Of a stretch of DNA of 18,651 bases, positions 7,339 through 13,786 are shown in pieces. Origin of the DNA: a virus; the IMG/VR virus record IMGVR_UViG_3300045988_005064, positions 1 to 18,651 of that record; one strand, written 5' to 3'. The notes under the pieces are model-generated. The model was not told the origin of the DNA, made no database searches, and was given only the letters and a program-made list of their open reading frames with translations. Position numbers and translations under genes: made by a program. Within the stretch, counting starts at the first letter, position 1, and the number at the start of each line of letters is the position of its first letter.

Positions 7339-8118
7339 CTAGTTATGGCAGTTACTGAATATTGTATCATAAGTACCCCAAACCTGCATGAAGCAAGGTT
7401 CGAGACTGCGCACGATTTCCATATCCACATTGATGATCGCCTGCCGGTACTCTTGAATCAGACTCATGGCGCTCTGACTGCGTCCGGTCACGCGACTCTT
7501 GCCTTTGGAATTGCTTGAATCATGCTGGTAGTCGGTGGCGCTCTGCGCCGTGGTGTGGCTGGTTGAATCCTGTGAACTGGATGCCGTGCCGCTGCTGTCC
7601 GCCTGCGATTCGTTCGCATGCGAGGCGTAGCGGGCGAAGTCTCCTACGACGCCGGTCTGAGGCACGTCACTATCAAAACTCTTGGACGTGGTGGTGCTGG
7701 AATTATCCGACTTGGACGTACTAGAGCTGGTTGAATCCTGTGCGCTGGACGCTTTGCCGGACGATTGGGATTCGCTGCCGTTCTCGCTGTCCGTCGTCAT
7801 ATCCATTGAATCCAACGGATTGTATTCCATATCCAGCGTCCGATAGCGTTCATTGAAATACGGCATGATTTCCGCCATCGTCATACCTAAATAGAAGATG
7901 AACTGTTGCGCGGTTTCCTGACCAATCTCTCTAAGCGCATAATGGCGGATGATTTTCTCATTCAACTCCGCACGATGGTTCTCGTCATAAATAGGATAAT
8001 AATCGGTACTAAGATGTAGTTTATCGTCCGTATCGTAGCCGAATGCGATGAGATTGCCGAGAGTTTCGGTGTACTCTCCGGGCGCCGCCATCGCGTAGGC
8101 GCTAAAATCCTGTGTCAC
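7339..8118 (-). CDS. Lower collar protein (phi29 gp11-like) with Ser/Thr-rich insertion
   Basis: Sits directly after the portal with a GTGA start/stop overlap and SD GGAGGTG. The N-terminal motif IIRHYALREIGQETAQQF...MAEIMPYFNERY matches the lower-collar family pattern as I recall it. Confidence 0.65.
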   Translation of the reverse strand: MTQDFSAYAMAAPGEYTETLGNLIAFGYDTDDKLHLSTDYYPIYDENHRAELNEKIIRHYALREIGQETAQQFIFYLGMTMAEIMPYFNERYRTLDMEYNPLDSMDMTTDSENGSESQSSGKASSAQDSTSSSTSKSDNSSTTTSKSFDSDVPQTGVVGDFARYASHANESQADSSGTASSSQDSTSHTTAQSATDYQHDSSNSKGKSRVTGRSQSAMSLIQEYRQAIINVDMEIVRSLEPCFMQVWGTYDTIFSNCHN

Positions 8119-9065
8119 AATACACCTCCGATACCCGCGTCATATGATGCCGGCATGTCGATATCCGTCGTGCCGCTCGCGCTTGGATCAAGCGCGTTTG
8201 GCACGCCGGAGCTTTGCGCGTCCGCATACTCCACCCACACGCTCAACTGCGGCCATAATCGGTTGATCTCGGTCGCCGCAGTCTGCCGCGCCTTAAGGAA
8301 ACTCAGTCGGAACACGTCAACTTTCTCGTTGGCTTGCGCCACCTCATCCGAAATGAGCCGTTCCTTTTTCTCCGTGCCGGACGACTGAATACCGAGATAT
8401 CCCAACACCTCGTTAGTCACCTGCGCTTTTTGCTGGACGAACTTATCCAACAAATAAGGCGTAGTATTAGGCCACGGTTGGAACATGCTGCCGGGATCAA
8501 GCGAGTCGTATCCGATGATATAATCCTGACCGTCCTGCCGTTGCTGAAGCATGTTCTGCACGGTGAGCTTCGTACGCGGATCGGCTGTGATGATGGTCGG
8601 CAGCTTAAGACTCTCCAAATTCACATCATACGCCTTATCAATGTCAGCGAGACGCCGCGCGTACTGCCATAACGTCGACTTGAATCCGACTCGCATCCGA
8701 TTATCCCAAACTGGAATGCATTCCGAACCGGCCTTGAGCTGCTTGTAGTGGTAGTTGACGCCCACCGGTTCGAAACATGTCGGATTATTATACACATTCA
8801 ATCTGCCCTGATAGCCCGCCTGAGTCACAAGGAACCTGCCGATACGCTTGTCCTCGAAAAACAACGCGCAACCGTATTCACACAGACATATTTCCAACCA
8901 ACGTTCATCCACAGTAGGCGGCAATCCGCGCCAACTGAAACGGTTCAACGCCAGTTCCATCAGCAAATGAAGATACATGTCATCAAGCGTGACGGCGCGT
9001 GCTTTCGCGTAATTGCCACGTGGATGCAACGCGCCGCCAACCCGATTTTTTTTAGACCTACTCAT
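8115..9065 (-). CDS. Portal / upper collar connector protein (phi29 gp10-like)
   Basis: [35 protein letters not shown] parallels phi29 gp10 [56 protein letters not shown] parallels [21 protein letters not shown]. 316 aa vs 309 aa. Confidence 0.9.
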   Translation of the reverse strand: [316 protein letters not shown]

Positions 9066-9071
9066 ATCGCC

Positions 9072-9080
9072 ATTATATCA
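9072..9080 (-). promoter_or_regulatory. Consensus extended -10 (TGATATAAT) overlapping the tail-knob stop codon; candidate leaderless promoter for the portal gene
   Basis: The minus strand reads TGA-TATAAT-GGCGAT-ATG. Exactly 6 nt separate the hexamer from the A of the portal ATG (9065). No SD precedes the portal gene. Confidence 0.45.
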
Positions 9081-11384
9081 CTCGTAGCCAATGCCCGGCA
9101 GTGGCTCATTATCCGACCAATCGGTCACACCAATGTACTCAGGTTTGGTCCATACCGTCACGCCCCGTTCGAACATGCCCTTGATGGTCAGCCGCGCCTG
9201 TTCAGGCAGTGTACCTTTAATGTAGCATTCCTGCATCTGCCAGTAAGTGAATTTCTCCATACATTGCAAACTTGCGGGCGGAGTGACGAACCGCTGGACA
9301 AAATATCCGAAGCGCAACATAAACTCGCCCACCGAGCGCAACGCGCTGGGGGCGCACGTGCGGAAACGCACCAACACGCCCATGATGCCATTAGCGAGGT
9401 TGAACGAGTCGCCGCCCACCGCACCGCTCGTAGTCGGCGGAGTCATCTGCATTTGCTGGACCTGAGCGTTAATTCCAGCTATCGAGTTCTCATAATCCCC
9501 TTCAGCAAAGCGCGTGGCCAACCGATAGTTCTGTCCGGCCATCAGGGCACTGGACGCGCCCTGAATCTGCTGAGCACGTTGCGCGTAAGTGTTCGCCTGC
9601 GAGGTTTGCGCCGCATTGGTCGCCACACTGTTGGCGGTGTTCGCGGCTGCCGTATCATTGGCGATATCACGACTGGCGTACAGTCCCTTGTTGGCGATGT
9701 CGTTCTGTACGACGCCGCCGATGGCGCCGACGGCGCCGCCAATCAGTCCGGCCACGTTCCCTGACGTCAACGCATTCCCGGCATTGGAGACCAGCCCCCA
9801 CGCGGTTCGCGCGTTGTTTTGGGAGACATTCAGGTCAGTCATGGCATTGGTGTTCGCCTGCCCGATGGCCAACGACTGGTTAAGCGAATTGGCTGCGATG
9901 GCGTTCAGAGCGTTACGGTTGGTAACACCCAGCTGAGTCATCTCCTGCTGAGTACGAATCGCAGTGCCGGCCTGAGATAATGCATTGGCCGCGCTCATGG
10001 TCGCTTTCTGCTGCGCCCAACCAGCGGACTGCTCCGCGTAAGCGCGAGAGTACGCACTGTTCGCCATAGCAAGCGATGCTCCGTTGTTCACCGCCATGAA
10101 CTGAGGAAAGTTTGTGATACCGAAACTGACGTTAAGCATTTCCCCGCCGTCAATCGGCAGTCCGGTGCCGTTTCCGGACGGGGAGGAAATGGCAGAAGCG
10201 CCTGACGTATTGTAGTTCACCGGATAAAAGTTCAGGCGCGGAGACGGTGGCGCGTAGTTCCACGTTTCACGGATAACCAAGTCATTAGACTGGATGTCTT
10301 CAGGCCGATAGATGATGTTCGAGCCATTCAGGCACGAACATTCCACGACGCTATACGGATAGCACTGTAGTTTTTTTAGATTATGGTACCGTTCAGGAAT
10401 ATTAAAGTTATTGCGGAAATTCTTGATAGAGACAATATCATCATACCTGTTATCGCTTTTAGCCTCCCCAGCAAACGTATACACATGCCCTTCAACCACG
10501 CCGGCCACGTCGTTGCCAAAAAATTGCGTTACCTCACGTCCGGCGTCGGCTATATAGTCGGCGCTGATTTTTGGGATGGCGTAAATCGCGGTAATGCCCT
10601 GAGTGATCCACGGATACGAACTGCCTGCCTGCATGACGCGCGTAAAATCGTCGACGGTGTCAAAATAATAAATTCCCGCCCCGTTCGACTGATTCTCGAA
10701 CTGTGAGCCTTGCGCGGTTTTCAGCGATGGTTTTTCAGTGCTGCCGCCCGACGCCACAAGGTCGGTCGTGGCCGCGACAATGACACCATAATCCAAGGTT
10801 GGCGAATTAAAGCCGGATTGTGCTGGCTTGCTGGACATAAGCGCCGTATACGACTGTGAGGTAATGACGGTTTCCGCGCCGGTATCCAAGCCCTCCGGCA
10901 GTGCAAGCGTGGTACGTCCGTAATCGTCCCACTGGCGTTCATTGGCGACGCCGATATGGCCGCGCGTCACATAGCAACTGCCAAAACTCACGTCAAACTG
11001 GAAACTTTGCCATACGTCCAGCATAAGCGTGAGCTGTGTGGTGTGCGCGTTGACGTATTCCACGGATTCAATAAAGTAATACCATGCGCGTGGCGATTCC
11101 AATTCGGAGTAATCGTTGACGGCTACAAGATAATTGTAGTTTGACGCTTGGTTGAATGGCATGTCGATACGAACGGGGGCGCCGAAAATATGCATAGTGG
11201 CTGGCCTGCATTCCACTCCATCCAGTTTGTCGAACCATTCCTGCTGTGTTTCACGTGAAACAAACCGTACGATATCACGATATGAAGCATCCCACGGCGC
11301 GCGGCAGAGTTTCAGTGTCGTGTTCGGCGTCCACTCCGCCCACGAAAAATTAGATTCCACATAAGGATTCGCGTCGTCAATCAT
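9078..11384 (-). CDS. Tail knob protein (phi29 gp9-like), expanded
   Basis: AWYYFIESVEYVNAHTTQLTLMLDVWQSFQFD parallels gp9 [32 protein letters not shown]. The C-terminus FGYFVQRF...GVTVWTKPEYIG parallels YGYKINRV...GITLWHTDNIG. The hydrophobic Gly-rich segment is GNVAGLIGGAVGAIGGVV. Start set at the ATG at 11384 behind SD GGAGGA. Confidence 0.88.
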   Translation of the reverse strand: MIDDANPYVESNFSWAEWTPNTTLKLCRAPWDASYRDIVRFVSRETQQEWFDKLDGVECRPATMHIFGAPVRIDMPFNQASNYNYLVAVNDYSELESPRAWYYFIESVEYVNAHTTQLTLMLDVWQSFQFDVSFGSCYVTRGHIGVANERQWDDYGRTTLALPEGLDTGAETVITSQSYTALMSSKPAQSGFNSPTLDYGVIVAATTDLVASGGSTEKPSLKTAQGSQFENQSNGAGIYYFDTVDDFTRVMQAGSSYPWITQGITAIYAIPKISADYIADAGREVTQFFGNDVAGVVEGHVYTFAGEAKSDNRYDDIVSIKNFRNNFNIPERYHNLKKLQCYPYSVVECSCLNGSNIIYRPEDIQSNDLVIRETWNYAPPSPRLNFYPVNYNTSGASAISSPSGNGTGLPIDGGEMLNVSFGITNFPQFMAVNNGASLAMANSAYSRAYAEQSAGWAQQKATMSAANALSQAGTAIRTQQEMTQLGVTNRNALNAIAANSLNQSLAIGQANTNAMTDLNVSQNNARTAWGLVSNAGNALTSGNVAGLIGGAVGAIGGVVQNDIANKGLYASRDIANDTAAANTANSVATNAAQTSQANTYAQRAQQIQGASSALMAGQNYRLATRFAEGDYENSIAGINAQVQQMQMTPPTTSGAVGGDSFNLANGIMGVLVRFRTCAPSALRSVGEFMLRFGYFVQRFVTPPASLQCMEKFTYWQMQECYIKGTLPEQARLTIKGMFERGVTVWTKPEYIGVTDWSDNEPLPGIGYE

Positions 11385-11400
11385 TGTTATCCTCCGGTAT

Positions 11401-11445
11401 GACAAGGCCCGGAGCAATCACGTGGATTACGTTCCGGGCCTTGTC
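11401..11445 (-). promoter_or_regulatory. 13-bp perfect stem-loop just upstream of the tail-knob RBS
   Basis: GACAAGGCCCGGA (11401-11413) pairs perfectly with TCCGGGCCTTGTC (11433-11445). The 19-nt loop contains an inner ACGT/ACGT stem and the 10-mer AGCAATCACG, shared with the hairpin at 13611-13638. Confidence 0.5.
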
Positions 11446-11463
11446 CTGCATCACACCGTGAGA

Positions 11464-11487
11464 GAGAGTAGCCAGCCGGCTACTCTC
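11464..11487 (-). terminator. Stem-loop after the major capsid gene (10-bp stem, 4-nt loop), possible partial terminator
   Basis: Minus strand reads GAGAGUAGCC-GGCU-GGCUACUCUC followed by UCUCAC. It begins 9 nt after the capsid TGA. The U-tract is poor. Confidence 0.45.
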
Positions 11488-11489
11488 CT

Positions 11490-11498
11490 ATTATATCA
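11490..11498 (-). promoter_or_regulatory. Consensus extended -10 (TGATATAAT) overlapping the major capsid stop codon
   Basis: The minus strand reads TGA-TATAAT-AGGAGAG. The TG of the extension comes from the TGA stop. Confidence 0.4.
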
Positions 11499-13226
11499 CG
11501 CGGTCACGGTCACGCTCTTCTTACCGGACACGCCGAACAGTGTGGCGGTGATGCCAGAGCCGCCCTCCTTGACGCCAGTCACCACGCCGGACTCGGACAC
11601 GGTGGCGTTCGCCGGAGTGCCGGACGTCCATGCGGCCTGTGCGGTCACGTCGGCGGTACGTCCGTCAATCATGGTCGCCACGGCAGTAGCCTGCGCCGTA
11701 TGTCCTACGGTCACGTTCGGTACGGTCACGGCAATGGACGCGATGATGGACGAGTTGAATCCGATAACACCGTCACCGACCACCTGCACGTCCAGAGCCG
11801 CGGACACGGTGTCCGGCACTTCCGGCGTCTTCGGATTCGTGTACAAGGCGGTTGCGGTAATCGGAATAGTGGTGTTCGGTTCGTCAAGTCCGACCACAAG
11901 CACGCCGGTAGGCGAAATGTATGTGTAATCGCTCTTCGGCTTGGCGGTGTCGCCAATGCGATACTCGACCGCGTTTGAGCGGAACGTGGCGGTGCCGTCA
12001 TTGCCGATAGTCGTGTCGGCAGTGACCTGCACCGCGCCACCACGCGCCACATTGCTCGGAGTTTCCGAGCCACCGCCATACATGGCAAGCTTAAGTTGGA
12101 ATTTCGGCGTCTCGGCCTGCGTGCCGGTAGGGGCCACCACGTTCGCGGTGGAACCGGCGCCGGTCCAGAACATGACAGCCGGAGCGAAGCCGGACACTGA
12201 GATGATGTGCTGGACATGCAGATAATGGTTGACCGAATTGATGTTGACCGGATTGGTCTGCTGAGTCATCTCGTTGATGACGGGAATGTCGATCAGGAAC
12301 TTGTCGGTAGTCAAGATGGCCTGTACGCCATCCATGCCGAACCGGTCTTGCGGAATGACGATAATCCGGTCGATGGTCGGCTCGGCGTCCGTACGCTGGA
12401 ATACCGTGGCGAGGCCCTGCACGTCAAGCGCCGACTTGACTTCCGGCGAACAGAACAATACGAGTTCGTCCGGACGGGCGAAGGTCGGCATATGGCGAGC
12501 ATTGTACTTGGTCGAAACGAATTTAAGCGTGTCCGCCCATGCGCGAATCTGGCGCAACATGTCGCGGGCGTCGGTTTCCGAACTGCTCATATTGTTCAGA
12601 TCGTTGTTCATGTGGACACGCCAATATCCGCCAAGCTTCGCGTACTCGACGAACTGGTGGCACAATGCTTCGAACAAGTCAACTTCAGCCGCATTGTAGC
12701 AGGATGTGAGAATCTGAGAAGTGAGCGAAGCCAAACCGTTTTCGGAAGTGAACGCACGCTGAAGCGTCTTGTCATCCGTGGTCGCAGGATACCAGTGAGC
12801 AAAGTCCAGACGGTGATAGAGCGAATCCACGTCGATTTTCCACTTGCGGAAGTTGTCCGCGCCGAGATATTCCGCATTAGGATCGTACACCTGCGCGAGC
12901 GGCATGCCTACGGCGATTTCCTGCCACGTGTCGCCATACGCTTGCGACGCACGCTGGAAAACACTGAGCGGATTGTTCCAACGCCACGTGTTCACGTAGG
13001 TGCCGCCGATGCGATTCACCAGCGCCGAATAAAACTCGTTCTTAAGCTGAGTGGACGACATGAGTGTAGCCATCTGCCTATCCATGTTCATCTGAGTGGC
13101 CGAGGGCATTCGCCGCTGATATTCCGGCGACGCCTCGTTGCGAATCATGTTCAAGATCTGAGCGTTGTTGAATTCGGTGAGCGGTCGAAGTTGCTGTTTC
13201 GGCGTCACCGCGGGAGTAGTTGCCAT
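11496..13226 (-). CDS. Major capsid protein (phi29 gp8-like) with C-terminal Ig-like (Big_2) domains
   Basis: LKNEFYSALVNRIGGTYVNTWRWNNPL parallels gp8 [27 protein letters not shown]. The C-terminal 80 aa (VTVGHTAQATAVATMIDGRTADVTAQAAWTSGTPANATVSESGVVTGVKEGGSGITATL) fit a Big_2 pattern, and a second Ig-like stretch precedes them. SD AGGAAGGAA. Confidence 0.9.
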   Translation of the reverse strand: MATTPAVTPKQQLRPLTEFNNAQILNMIRNEASPEYQRRMPSATQMNMDRQMATLMSSTQLKNEFYSALVNRIGGTYVNTWRWNNPLSVFQRASQAYGDTWQEIAVGMPLAQVYDPNAEYLGADNFRKWKIDVDSLYHRLDFAHWYPATTDDKTLQRAFTSENGLASLTSQILTSCYNAAEVDLFEALCHQFVEYAKLGGYWRVHMNNDLNNMSSSETDARDMLRQIRAWADTLKFVSTKYNARHMPTFARPDELVLFCSPEVKSALDVQGLATVFQRTDAEPTIDRIIVIPQDRFGMDGVQAILTTDKFLIDIPVINEMTQQTNPVNINSVNHYLHVQHIISVSGFAPAVMFWTGAGSTANVVAPTGTQAETPKFQLKLAMYGGGSETPSNVARGGAVQVTADTTIGNDGTATFRSNAVEYRIGDTAKPKSDYTYISPTGVLVVGLDEPNTTIPITATALYTNPKTPEVPDTVSAALDVQVVGDGVIGFNSSIIASIAVTVPNVTVGHTAQATAVATMIDGRTADVTAQAAWTSGTPANATVSESGVVTGVKEGGSGITATLFGVSGKKSVTVTA

Positions 13227-13248
13227 GATAGTTGTTCCTTCCTGATTG

Positions 13249-13590
13249 TCAGTCTTCGTATAGGTCGTCGAAAGTGCTGTAGGTGCCGTTATAGTCGTCG
13301 TCGGTCATTTCAGCCGATTCCGGCGTCGCATTGTCGTCGGGGCCATCGTTTAGCACATGGTCTGCTGCGGCGTCGCGCATCGCCTCAATGGTTTTAGACA
13401 ATTCCGCCACGGTCGCCTCCAATGCACTCAGCCGGTCGGCCATGTCGGCGTTCTTGTCGTCGTCCGCGTCTTCCGGTTCGCCATCATCCTGCGTTTCAGG
13501 TTCCGGATTCGGCGTATTGTCGTCGGCGGTCACGTCCGGTTCGGCGTCGGACGTGGTGTCCGGCTTGTCATCATTTTCGGTGTCGTCCAT
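13249..13590 (-). CDS. Putative scaffolding protein (very acidic, central helix)
   Basis: Lies immediately upstream of the capsid gene, as phi29 gp7 does. 113 aa, Asp/Glu-rich flanks, central helical DRLSALEATVAELSKTIEAMRDAAADHV. Start set at the ATG at 13590, 5 nt after GAGG; the GTG at 13596 lies inside the SD. Confidence 0.55.
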   Translation of the reverse strand: MDDTENDDKPDTTSDAEPDVTADDNTPNPEPETQDDGEPEDADDDKNADMADRLSALEATVAELSKTIEAMRDAAADHVLNDGPDDNATPESAEMTDDDYNGTYSTFDDLYED

Positions 13591-13596
13591 AATCAC

Positions 13597-13778
13597 CTCT
13601 TAAGGTAGATGGCACGGCAGCAATCACGCTGCCGTGCCGGATTTTGCTGGGCTGTGCGGGTTCCCTCGCCGTCGATGGGCGTTGGCTACGCACGTCTACA
13701 TCCGACCGAATCGCCTTACCGATTGCCTACCGGCCGGGCCATTGAATCGGCTTGGGACGCACACTCCGCTACCAGTCA
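13597..13778 (-). ncRNA. Structured 182-nt non-coding region: candidate packaging RNA (pRNA-like) or long structured late leader
   Basis: No ORF of 60 aa or more on the transcribed strand. A consensus extended -10 sits at its 5' edge. There is a perfect 11-bp hairpin at 13611-13638, further helices at 13719-24/13745-50 and 13709-13/13720-24, and a long-range pairing of 13653-58 with 13758-63. Confidence 0.3.
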
Positions 13779-13786
13779 TTATAGCA
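13778..13786 (-). promoter_or_regulatory. Consensus extended -10 (TGCTATAAT) overlapping the DNA polymerase stop codon
   Basis: The minus strand reads ATG-CTA-TAA-TGA, containing TGcTATAAT. The predicted start near 13771 is the 5' end of the non-coding gap preceding the morphogenesis genes. Confidence 0.45.

Noticed and set aside
8748-9764. 338-aa plus-strand ORF antisense to the portal and tail-knob genes
   Set aside because: Same reasoning. It spans a gene junction on the opposite strand, has Arg/His-rich composition, and has no start context. The two sense genes have recognisable homologues.
12207-13397. 396-aa ORF on the plus strand, antisense to the major capsid and scaffold genes
   Set aside because: It fully overlaps a capsid gene with clear phi29 gp8 similarity and a strong SD. 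The translation is Arg/Leu/His-rich low-information sequence, with no RBS and no promoter context. It is most simply a by-product of codon bias that avoids TTA/CTA/TCA in the sense frame.
13698-13780. 27-aa minus-strand mini-ORF (MTGSGVCVPSRFNGPAGRQSVRRFGRM) starting at the TAATG overlap with the polymerase stop
   Set aside because: It has no SD and is very short. The sequence is better explained as paired RNA. It cannot be excluded without ribosome profiling, but there is no positive evidence for it.
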